Source: Desulfuromonadaceae bacterium (GTDB lineage: Bacteria > Desulfobacterota > Desulfuromonadia > Geobacterales > Pseudopelobacteraceae). From it: a DNA stretch of 64,000 nucleotides. Shown one piece after another: positions 28,480 to 36,527 of this stretch. The notes below the pieces were generated by a model that was given only the letters and a program-made list of their open reading frames with translations, searched no databases and had not been told where the DNA came from. Within the stretch, counting starts at the first letter, position 1; the number at the start of each line of letters is the position of its first letter. The position numbers were made by a program, and so were the translations under genes. Where the stretch lies: contig JAQUIG010000008.1 of assembly GCA_028683435.1 (NCBI GenBank), positions 6,494 to 70,493 on the forward strand. Reading direction: 5' to 3'.

Positions 28480-29286
28480 TCAGTTGACGCCAATGATGAC
28501 GCTGGACGCTTTAAAAAGGGTGCAGGCATGGCCGCCGACCTTCAGTTCGAGGAGGACAGCGCTGTCATGGGTAATGACAGCACTAACAGAGTTACCGCCA
28601 ATTTCAATGTTTACCTCGGTATTGACCGGCCCTTCGATAATCCTGGTAACGGTACCGCAGAAGATGTTGCGGGCACTGAGTTTTGCGTTGTGCAGATCGG
28701 TGCCGATGATGACCGAACTGGCCTTGACGATGGCATAGGCCTCAGTGCCGATGCTGAGCCCCAGGTTGTCGATGGCACCGTTGGTAACGACGGCTATCAA
28801 CGGGATGCCACCTTTTAGGGAGAGGGTGACCTCAGCATTGACAGCGCCCTTGGTAATGTTGGTTACGACCCCTGAGAATGTATTACGTGCGCTGACTTTC
28901 ATGGAAATCCTCCGTAAAAACTGGTACAGGCTCTCGGTATCGCCGAGTCTGTCCTCCAGGTTGCCCAGAAACTTGCGGTGCTCTTCCTGGATGGTTTGGT
29001 ACTGCGTGACGATCCTTTTACCTTCGGCGGTGAGGCTGGTGCCGCCACCCCCTTTGCCACCGGTCAGGCGATCGACCAGCGGTTTTTCAGCCAGGTTGTT
29101 TATCAGGTTGACCGTTTCCCAGGCGGTTTTGTAGCTGATGCCGACGGCTTTGGCGGCTTTGGTGATGGAGCCGAGTTCATCGATCTTTTCCAGCAGGTTG
29201 ATGCGGTCACCGCCCAGGAATTTGTGCTCCGCCCGGTTGAGCCAGAGATTGCCGGTGAGACCGATACTGTTTTTTGTGTTGTTCAT
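28480..29286 (-). CDS. modE: molybdate-responsive regulator ModE (N-terminal HTH plus two Mop/TOBE domains)
   Basis: GGDRINLLEKIDELGSITKAAKAVGISYKTAWETV HTH and two SARN(T/I)F...ASSVIIG Mop repeats. The ATG at 29286 was chosen over the track start at 29364. Confidence 0.85.
   Translation of the reverse strand: MNNTKNSIGLTGNLWLNRAEHKFLGGDRINLLEKIDELGSITKAAKAVGISYKTAWETVNLINNLAEKPLVDRLTGGKGGGGTSLTAEGKRIVTQYQTIQEEHRKFLGNLEDRLGDTESLYQFLRRISMKVSARNTFSGVVTNITKGAVNAEVTLSLKGGIPLIAVVTNGAIDNLGLSIGTEAYAIVKASSVIIGTDLHNAKLSARNIFCGTVTRIIEGPVNTEVNIEIGGNSVSAVITHDSAVLLELKVGGHACTLFKASSVIIGVN
29141..29255. repeat. 115-bp perfect direct repeat, copy A (inside the modE 5' region)
   Basis: Identical by eye to 34281..34395, from ccgacggctttggcggc to gccagagattgccgg. 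Confidence 0.85.
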
Positions 29287-29322
29287 GTATGAATGCTCCG
29301 TAAGACAAAGATTGCTCATGGT

Positions 29323-29346
29323 CGCTATATCCAATAGTACACAACG
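29323..29346. promoter_or_regulatory. ModE-box candidate upstream of modE
   Basis: CGCTATATC-caatag-TACACAACG versus the published CGnTATATA-N6-TATATAnCG element. The left half is good; the right half has 2 mismatches. Confidence 0.4.
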
Positions 29347-29911
29347 TGTGCCAATGTCCAGCATAAAAATTATGTAGTCAAAACAGGGTGTTTAAAATTT
29401 GGATTGCAGCATCAGCGTTCATACTGCCGTAACTTTTAGCAGCAATTGATGCGGTGCCCGGGAAGTAGTCAGAGTGCAGATCAAGGTCTTTGCAGTGCAG
29501 TATTGATTTCAAGCCCCATAGGGGTCGCGGGATTCATCCCACGGGTGAAACATCACATATTCATTCGTCACGTACGTGACGATAAGAAAAATGTCTCTCA
29601 TTTCCGGGGAATGAATTCCCCGGCTACCAGCAACCTGTCGCTATGCGACGTAAGCAAAAAGCTAACGGACAACGCTGGTGATTACTGAAAGTTTTGACTG
29701 GCCAAAGTTGGTCTTTTTAAATGACATTTAATGTGCTATTAGATTGCAGCATTTCTGTTTTCACAGGATTAAGTATTCCATTTGGGAATATCACCGGTTC
29801 ACGCGCGTGCGCGCGCGGGCCTGGTCAACAACGAGTTATTCCCCGAACCGAGATAAACAAAAAAAACGAATGCTTCACTGTGGTCACATTAATCGGGAGG
29901 ATAAACACTGG

Positions 29912-30148
29912 GTCCTGGAAACAGGCGATTCAAGCCGCTTCAGCTCATCCCGGCACGCAATCAGCTACTGTGGACTATGCAGTGCGCAGCATGAATCCGC
30001 AGGCAAGGAACTGCGCGGACCGATTTCCAAACAGCGCAACAAACATTTGCAGTCCACGTTAATTGAAGCCGCCAAACCCCTTTATCCGCGAGATCGTGTC
30101 ACTGCAGCTTTTTATCGATGGAAGACCGCCGTTAGCCCAATCGCCTGA
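29912..30148 (+). mobile_element. IS110-family transposase remnant (C-terminal Transposase_20-like part only)
   Basis: VLETGDSSRFSSSRHAISYCGLCSAQHESAGKELRGPISKQRNKHLQSTLIEAAK matches the IS110-family C-terminal motif (GD.SRF.S...L.SY.GL.P....SG......G.ISK.GN..LR..L.EAA). No DEDD N-terminal domain lies upstream. Confidence 0.6.
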
Positions 30149-31187
30149 AGGCCGATGCCTTTATGGCCGCAAATACGGTGCTGCCAACGACAATATCCAG
30201 CTCTCCAACCACTTGATGGACAACTTCCGCCACCAAACGTTCGTCGCCACAGCCAAGCTCTATACCAACCTTACCACCTGATTCGAAAATTCCGGTCACC
30301 ACACACTGCAGAAGGTTTCTAGCACTGATCGCTTCAGGATGGCGTTTGAAAAGAATGATGTCTTTAGATGAAAGCTCGAAAAGCGAGTCAGGCTGATCAT
30401 TTTTTCCGGATATAAACAGTTCGGCATTACCCCAAAGATACACGCGCATATCCTCAAGCTGATATGAAGATGCTAATTTCAGGAGATTGACATAGCCGGC
30501 CGGATTCAACCCCATGTGAATTCTGGAAAGATGTTCAGGAGTAGTCTCTTCAATAATCCGTCCCTGTTCAATGCTGAGTACCTGATCTGTCATAAGGCGC
30601 ATTTCGAGGATTGAGTGTGAGATAAAAAAATAGGGGATAGCAAAGATCTCGCAGGCGGATTTCAGATAGCTGATGATCTGGAACCTGAGCGTATCGTCCA
30701 AACCTGACAGCGGTTCATCCATCAAAAGCAGGCGCGGATTGGAAAGCACCGCCCTGCCGATGGCTACTCTCTGTTTCTCTCCGCCGGAAAGGTTATTGAC
30801 CCCACGGTCAAGGAGATGGCTGATCCGGAGGACGTCTGCCAGGGTATCAAAATCGATGGTGCGATTGCCTGCCGTGGATCGTTTGAAACCGTAAAGAAGA
30901 TTGTTTTTTACATTCAGATGCGGAAACAGGTGGGGGCGCTGAAAGATGATCCCTATGCGCCGTTTGTCCGGAGAAACATTAATTCTCCTGTTTGTGTCAT
31001 AAAGCAGATCACCATCCAGCAGGATCCGTCCGCTCTCCGCCTGCTGCAAACCGGCAATAAGGCTGACCAGAGTTGATTTTCCGCTGCCCGAAGGGCCGAA
31101 CAGACCGATTCTGTTGCCATGCAGTGTGCTGTCTACATCAAGCGTGAACGATCCAAAATTCTTCTGCAGAGCGATGTGTAGTTCCAT
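30132..31187 (-). CDS. ModC-like ABC ATP-binding protein with C-terminal TOBE domain (second module)
   Basis: GPSGSGKST, LSGGEKQR, LLMDEPLSGLD. The start at 31187 lies 1 nt after the upstream permease stop. Confidence 0.8.
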   Translation of the reverse strand: MELHIALQKNFGSFTLDVDSTLHGNRIGLFGPSGSGKSTLVSLIAGLQQAESGRILLDGDLLYDTNRRINVSPDKRRIGIIFQRPHLFPHLNVKNNLLYGFKRSTAGNRTIDFDTLADVLRISHLLDRGVNNLSGGEKQRVAIGRAVLSNPRLLLMDEPLSGLDDTLRFQIISYLKSACEIFAIPYFFISHSILEMRLMTDQVLSIEQGRIIEETTPEHLSRIHMGLNPAGYVNLLKLASSYQLEDMRVYLWGNAELFISGKNDQPDSLFELSSKDIILFKRHPEAISARNLLQCVVTGIFESGGKVGIELGCGDERLVAEVVHQVVGELDIVVGSTVFAAIKASAFRRLG

Positions 31188-31188
31188 A

Positions 31189-31956
31189 TCAATCTGCCCG
31201 CATGATACGTTTGCACAGGTATTCATGCAGCAGCAGGACGACAATTGAAATCGCTATCGATACCACACAGAGCATGAGGGCCATCGTGTCACCACTCGGA
31301 GAAGAGGCGTATTCAAAGATTGCCATGGGGATCGTCTGGGTCACTCCGGGGATATTGCCTGCGACAATGATTGTTGCGCCGAATTCGCCCAGTCCGCGGG
31401 CAAACATGAGCGATGACCCGGCAATGATCCCACGCAGGGAGAGCGGGAGAATGACCGTCAGAATCGCATTGAGCCGGGATGCGCCGAGCGTTCGCGCCGC
31501 ATGAACCAGATCCGGATCAATCGATTCCATAGCAAGACGGATTGAGCGTACCATCAGGGGAAAACCTACCACGGCCGTGGCTATGACAGCGGCCCGCCAG
31601 GTAAAGATCAGCCTGATACCGATGCTGTCCAGAAGTTGTCCTAACAATCCGTTACTGCCAAGCAGCAACAGCAGGAGATAGCCGATAACAACCGGCGGGA
31701 GAGTCAAAGGGAGGTTGGTCATTACCTCAAGAACCAGTTTGCCACGGAAGCGGCCATAGGTGATCAGCCACGCGACGGCGAATCCGAAGGGAAGCGCCAG
31801 CACGGTGGCAGTGACCGCGACTTTAATCGAGAGCAAAATGGCATTGTAATCGGAAGGTGTGAGGGTGAACACGGTATATGCCTTTGCGGTAAAAAGTTCA
31901 GTTCCGTCAGGATGAGGGGGATGTCCTGGCTGTCGCTCTTGTGATGGAATCACCAT
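31189..31956 (-). CDS. ModB-like ABC permease (second module)
   Basis: CysT/ModB-type permease. The track ORF extends to 32085 but would overlap the porin gene; the ATG at 31956 was chosen. Confidence 0.75.
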   Translation of the reverse strand: MVIPSQERQPGHPPHPDGTELFTAKAYTVFTLTPSDYNAILLSIKVAVTATVLALPFGFAVAWLITYGRFRGKLVLEVMTNLPLTLPPVVIGYLLLLLLGSNGLLGQLLDSIGIRLIFTWRAAVIATAVVGFPLMVRSIRLAMESIDPDLVHAARTLGASRLNAILTVILPLSLRGIIAGSSLMFARGLGEFGATIIVAGNIPGVTQTIPMAIFEYASSPSGDTMALMLCVVSIAISIVVLLLHEYLCKRIMRAD

Positions 31957-32014
31957 TTTACGAGGAAGAGGGAGCCCTGTTTCTCCCTCTTCCCCGTAGA
32001 TTCGACGTGATTGA

Positions 32015-33313
32015 TCAGAACACCAACTGGAGCTGGAGCCGGACCTGTTTGTCATCCGTCGGCTGACTGCCGCTTGTCGAGGCAATTGCTGACTGTTTGT
32101 GAATCGCCGTATAATCGGCCTGTAGCTTCAGGTTGTGTTCCTTGATATACCATGAAACCGCCATGCTGTTCTCGACCCAATGGTCATTGCCGGCATCTCT
32201 GTTCGGATCCAGATAGGCATACCGGTAGGCAAGCTCAACCGTCTTGGGGATTATCATGTAGCCCGCCTGAGCGTAAGCACCCAGAGCGTGCAGCTTGTAG
32301 TTGTTCCGCTGCATCTCACCCTCGCCGGTCATAAATTCGCCGGTCAGAGAGAGCCCACGCCATTTGAACGCGGTGTCCACGCTGAACAGGTTAAAATCAA
32401 TCTCTTCCTTACTCGTTGCGCTGACTGAACCTTTATTATTGAGTGCAAACCAGCCGGACTTCTTTTTGAGAAACCCGAGGCTGTTGTTTGTGTTGGCGGT
32501 GCTCGCCTCACTTTCAGTAACCGTATTGCGGTAGAAACTTGAGCCGATTGACAGGAGCGGTTTATCACTGTTCTCAACATCTGATTCCGAGTTCTTCATC
32601 ACCCCGAACGGGTTGACAGTGATGCGCGCTGCAAAGGCATTATTCTCGGTGGAACGCACGTAATTTTGCCCCAATCCGCCGCTTGCGCCAACACTGTAGG
32701 TGAAGAGCCCCTTGGCTATTTTACCGTTAAGATTCACCCCGGTATCATAGGTCGGTGCAAAGGCCACCGTCACATGAGACTGATCGATAAACTGCAGGGC
32801 CGTCGCCGGAGTCAGCCATTGTCTGCCAAATTGCACCTTGTCCTGGCCGGCGCGGACCTGAAGTTCATCGATCAACTTATAGTTTATCCAGGCATTTTCC
32901 AAAAGCCCGCCATTTTTAGTTGTACCACCGGAAATATTGGAAAAATTCGTTGTCAGGTTATAGGTGACATCCTTGGAAAAGGCATGCCCGCTTACAATCA
33001 GTTTGGCGCGCTTTACTTCAAACGTTCTGGATCTTTGTTGTGCCGGTGCTCCATTGGCATCATCATAATTCAGCAAGGTATACCTCGCCTGCATGAAGCC
33101 GCCGATACTGGTGCTGAACTTACCGTCAGCCGATGTGAGATTGATCCCTGTTCCCGGCTTATACGTGACGGCAGCGCTCTTCATAACCTCTTGGTAATCT
33201 TCTTCAGAAATCACCCCTTTTTCCTTTAGTACATCCTCAAGACTCTTGGCGGAAACCGCTCCTGCCTGGGACATGACCAAACATAACCCGACTGCAATGC
33301 CTAACGTTTTCAT
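32015..33313 (-). CDS. outer-membrane anion porin, OprO/OprP (phosphate-selective porin) family-like
   Basis: Signal peptide, beta-strand-alternating sequence and a C-terminal ...LQLQLVF. The overall pattern resembles Porin_O_P. Confidence 0.6.
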   Translation of the reverse strand: MKTLGIAVGLCLVMSQAGAVSAKSLEDVLKEKGVISEEDYQEVMKSAAVTYKPGTGINLTSADGKFSTSIGGFMQARYTLLNYDDANGAPAQQRSRTFEVKRAKLIVSGHAFSKDVTYNLTTNFSNISGGTTKNGGLLENAWINYKLIDELQVRAGQDKVQFGRQWLTPATALQFIDQSHVTVAFAPTYDTGVNLNGKIAKGLFTYSVGASGGLGQNYVRSTENNAFAARITVNPFGVMKNSESDVENSDKPLLSIGSSFYRNTVTESEASTANTNNSLGFLKKKSGWFALNNKGSVSATSKEEIDFNLFSVDTAFKWRGLSLTGEFMTGEGEMQRNNYKLHALGAYAQAGYMIIPKTVELAYRYAYLDPNRDAGNDHWVENSMAVSWYIKEHNLKLQADYTAIHKQSAIASTSGSQPTDDKQVRLQLQLVF

Positions 33314-33398
33314 TACACCCTCCTTTTGTAGAATTTGAATTCCGGCTATTCAAGCCGACCGATATAAACAGCGCTATATAACGATACGGAGTAAAAAT

Positions 33399-34145
33399 TT
33401 ATTGAACTTCAAATCCATGCTTTTTCAGGACCTTCTTTGCTTCAGTCGATTTCAGAAAACGGTAAAATGCCATAGTTTCATCTTTTTTTGCGCCCGCAGT
33501 TGTCACGGCCATCATGTAGACCACCCGTGGATATAAATCCGTCGGCACGCTAAAAAGGATTTTTGCATTTTTTGCCATCATGGCGTCAGTCCTGTACACA
33601 AACGCACCATCAACTTCTCCTCTATCCGCATACATCATGCAGTCACGCACATCACGCGCCATGACCAGTTTTTTCTCCAGGGTCTTCTCGATTCCAGCCT
33701 TTCTGATCGCATGCATTGCATAGTCACCGGCCGGCACGATCTTCGGGCTCCCCACGGCTATCCTGTCAAGTCTGACAAGATCCTGCATCCCCTGGACACT
33801 GCCTTTGTCGGCATGGCGTGGCAGCCCGGCAAAGACAAGCGTGTTATAGGCAAAAGGGGCAACAGTGGAGGCATCGACATGCTTCTTGCTCTTCATGTAC
33901 TCAATCCATTCAAGATTAGCCACAAAGACGACATCAACCTTCAAACCGTTGTCCATCTGCTTGGCAAGCGCCCCGGAAGCAAGATAGCTTTTGGTAATGT
34001 CGACACCGGGGGATTTTACTGAATAACGGGTGGACAGCTCATTCAGAACATCCTTCAAGCCGACTCCGGCTCCGATGACAATGTCGTGTGCCTGAGCGCA
34101 GTACGGCAACAGGATCAAGACAATGGCGAAAATCAGTTTTTTCAT
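33399..34145 (-). CDS. ModA-family periplasmic oxyanion-binding protein (copy 3, divergent)
   Basis: Signal peptide plus ModA-like fold signals (GSPKIVPAGDYA ... GEVDGAFVYRTD). Confidence 0.7.
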   Translation of the reverse strand: MKKLIFAIVLILLPYCAQAHDIVIGAGVGLKDVLNELSTRYSVKSPGVDITKSYLASGALAKQMDNGLKVDVVFVANLEWIEYMKSKKHVDASTVAPFAYNTLVFAGLPRHADKGSVQGMQDLVRLDRIAVGSPKIVPAGDYAMHAIRKAGIEKTLEKKLVMARDVRDCMMYADRGEVDGAFVYRTDAMMAKNAKILFSVPTDLYPRVVYMMAVTTAGAKKDETMAFYRFLKSTEAKKVLKKHGFEVQ

Positions 34146-34156
34146 GGAATACCCTC

Positions 34157-34432
34157 CTATAAAAAATTATCAGCGTAATGTGCCTTACGAATCCAAGCAG
34201 CAGGTGAGATTCTGAGCACATCTTGAACGTAATCAATTATTGTTCCCTCTACGTTATGGTGCCCGGCCTTCATGGGTATACCGACGGCTTTGGCGGCTTT
34301 GGTGATGGAGCCGAGTTCATCGATCTTTTCCAGCAGGTTGATGCGGTCACCGCCCAGGAATTTGTGCTCCGCCCGGTTGAGCCAGAGATTGCCGGAAAGA
34401 GCGGTGGCCGATCGTGTTGGCATATGTTTCAT
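34157..34432 (-). pseudogene. modE: truncated modE copy (first ~52 codons, broken inside the HTH)
   Basis: GNLWLNRAEHKFLGGDRINLLEKIDELGSITKAAKAVGI is identical to ModE. Unrelated sequence then runs into the modA3 upstream region. Confidence 0.7.
34281..34395. repeat. 115-bp perfect direct repeat, copy B (inside truncated modE)
   Basis: Identical to 29141..29255. Confidence 0.85.
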
Positions 34433-34530
34433 CTCTGCTCCTCTATAGTACCAATATCAAGTCCCGTGCCAATTAATCCAAACGGAATAAGGTTATACAT
34501 ATCAGGATATTGCCACAATATGCTGCCCAT

Positions 34531-34554
34531 CGTTATATCTCATACTATATAGCG
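34531..34554. promoter_or_regulatory. ModE-box candidate upstream of the second Mo/W module
   Basis: CGTTATATC-tcatac-TATATAGCG has one mismatch to CGnTATATA-N6-TATATAnCG, about 100 nt upstream of the modE' ATG. Confidence 0.55.
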
Positions 34555-34683
34555 CTTGGCCAGCAAATAATCAACCGCACAAAAATTGTGCACGCGCTAC
34601 GGAGATGTCGTCGCTGAATTTGACATTGTTGGAGGGCGTGGTAGCATGAAGACCGGTGCAAAAACTAATCAAGGAGGTTTACC

Positions 34684-34962
34684 ATGAGATTAACCGCAAC
34701 GTTGGCAGGAATCGCTCTGTTTACTGCATCCACAGTCTTTGCCGCTGCCCCGAGGAGCTATCAGGTTACCGGACCGGTTCTGGAAGTAAAGGATGACATC
34801 GTCGTTGTCCAGAAGGGGAAAGACAAGTGGGAGATCGCCAAGGACAAAGATGCAAAAGTAACCGGAGATCTCAAGGTCGGGAGCAAGGTAACTGTCTCGT
34901 ACACCATGAAGGCTGTGACCATTGATGTTAAAGGTGATGCAAAGGGTGCCAAGAAGAAGTAG
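34684..34962 (+). CDS. small secreted Lys-rich protein, function unknown
   Basis: AGGAGG RBS and a signal peptide (…FTASTVFA|AAP). 92 aa. Confidence 0.6.
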   Translation: MRLTATLAGIALFTASTVFAAAPRSYQVTGPVLEVKDDIVVVQKGKDKWEIAKDKDAKVTGDLKVGSKVTVSYTMKAVTIDVKGDAKGAKKK

Positions 34963-35038
34963 CTGCATTTGTCTGAGGTGGGACAGGTTTGGGATTTTCT
35001 GGTCAGGCGGACTGCGTACCCTGATTAGCGAAGCGGAG

Positions 35039-35518
35039 TTATGCCGGTTCCTCCAGCCTCTCTTCGAGGAGTGGCGTTATTACAACCTTGATCTTACCCT
35101 TACCCCATAAACCGATTTTTTTGGCGGCAGCGCGCGAAAGATCAATAAAATGGAATGATTTTGGGGCACAGCGGTCAGTGATGGTGACATGGACTTCCTG
35201 TTTGCTGGCAGGATTGACAACCCGTACTACCGTGCCGAGCGGCAGGCTCTGATGTGCGGCGGTCAGCTTGTCGGGGTTGTAGCGGTGTCCTGAAGCCGTG
35301 CGGCGCCCCACAAAGCGGTGCGCATAGTATGATGCAAAACCTTTGACCGATTCAAACCGGCTGCTTTTCAGGACCAGTTCTTCCAGGTTCGTCGGTGCTG
35401 ACTTGGAGTCACCATGTAACAGGGGTACGTCGCTTCCCTGCGCGCCATCGGCATGAGCTGCTGACGACAACAGCAGTATGGAAAAAAGCGCTATCATATT
35501 GAAATACATTCTATTCAT
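35039..35518 (-). CDS. RlpA-family (DPBB domain) septal-ring lytic transglycosylase-like protein
   Basis: GFASYYAHRFVGRRTASGHRYNPDKLTAAHQSLPLGTVVRVVN...VTITDR. Confidence 0.8.
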   Translation of the reverse strand: MNRMYFNMIALFSILLLSSAAHADGAQGSDVPLLHGDSKSAPTNLEELVLKSSRFESVKGFASYYAHRFVGRRTASGHRYNPDKLTAAHQSLPLGTVVRVVNPASKQEVHVTITDRCAPKSFHFIDLSRAAAKKIGLWGKGKIKVVITPLLEERLEEPA

Positions 35519-35550
35519 GCGAACCTATATACAATACATCTGCACTCCGG

Positions 35551-36435
35551 TCAAGTCTTGTGCAGATATTCACCTATTCCAGCCTGCAAACCGCGCGGCT
35601 CAAATCCGAAGGTTTTCTGCCATTCACCGCCGCAGATGTTCTCCTCCAGCAGCATCTGCAGTTGATCCATTGTGATCGGAAATTGCGGGATCTTCTGCAT
35701 GAGCGGAATAATCAGCTTCATCATTCCGAGCGGCAGATGCGGCTTGAACGGTCGCGAACGACCAAGGGCGGCGGCGATCATGTCGAGCAGCGCTTCATAG
35801 CTCACCCGGTCGACCCCGCACAATTCATACGCCTGACCGATCGACCCCGGCATCTCCAGTGCAAGTGCAAAACAGCGCGCCACATCATCGGCATGAATCG
35901 GCTGCAACCGGTAGCTGCCGCTGCCGATAACCGGCATGACCGGAGCGAGCCGGAGCTGTGCCGCCAGCATATTTATAAACGCATCATGCGGTCCGAAGAT
36001 CAGTGAGGGGCGGAAAATTGTCCACTCCAGGCCGCTCCCCCGAACCAGTCCCTCGGCCCGCCATTTGGTCTGGTGATAGGCCGAAACCGCTGCCGGACGT
36101 GCTCCCAGCGCCGACATCTGCAGATAGCGCTTGATGCCGTTCCCGGCAGCTGCCGCCAGAAGGTTTGATGTCGCCTGGACATGCAGCTTTTCAAAGGTCA
36201 CGCCCCGCGCCGGAAACTCGCGAATGATACCAACCAGGTTGATGACGGCATCGCAGCCGCTGAGGCTCTGCTCAAAGGTTTCCAGTCGCGTGATGTCTCC
36301 GCTCACCTGTTCTACCTCTCCGCGCTTCGTGCTGCGGCTATGCACCAGGGTGCGGACGGAATGGCCGCTACTCAGCAGCTCCTTGATCAGGTGCTCGCCT
36401 ACAAAACCTGTCCCGCCAGCAATAAATATTTTCAT
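35551..36435 (-). CDS. NAD(P)-binding NmrA/NDUFA9-like (epimerase/dehydratase superfamily) protein
   Basis: MKIFIAGGTGFVG Rossmann N-terminus. The track ORF starts 5 codons earlier. Confidence 0.7.
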   Translation of the reverse strand: MKIFIAGGTGFVGEHLIKELLSSGHSVRTLVHSRSTKRGEVEQVSGDITRLETFEQSLSGCDAVINLVGIIREFPARGVTFEKLHVQATSNLLAAAAGNGIKRYLQMSALGARPAAVSAYHQTKWRAEGLVRGSGLEWTIFRPSLIFGPHDAFINMLAAQLRLAPVMPVIGSGSYRLQPIHADDVARCFALALEMPGSIGQAYELCGVDRVSYEALLDMIAAALGRSRPFKPHLPLGMMKLIIPLMQKIPQFPITMDQLQMLLEENICGGEWQKTFGFEPRGLQAGIGEYLHKT

Positions 36436-36527
36436 GGCAGCTCCTTTCATATTTGGACTCAGCAGACTATATGTTGTTCATTCAGCGTCGAAGCATCATC
36501 TAATAAAATAAAAATGGGGGGTACGAC

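Noticed and set aside
31957-32085. N-terminal extension of the second ModB-like permease ORF.
   Set aside because: The extension is Ser/Arg-rich, non-homologous and overlaps the 3' end of the porin gene. The internal ATG at 31956 fits better.
34433-34683. Possible Moco riboswitch upstream of the second Mo/W module.
   Set aside because: I could not recognise the conserved Moco-motif stems or loops on either strand. A ModE box is present instead.
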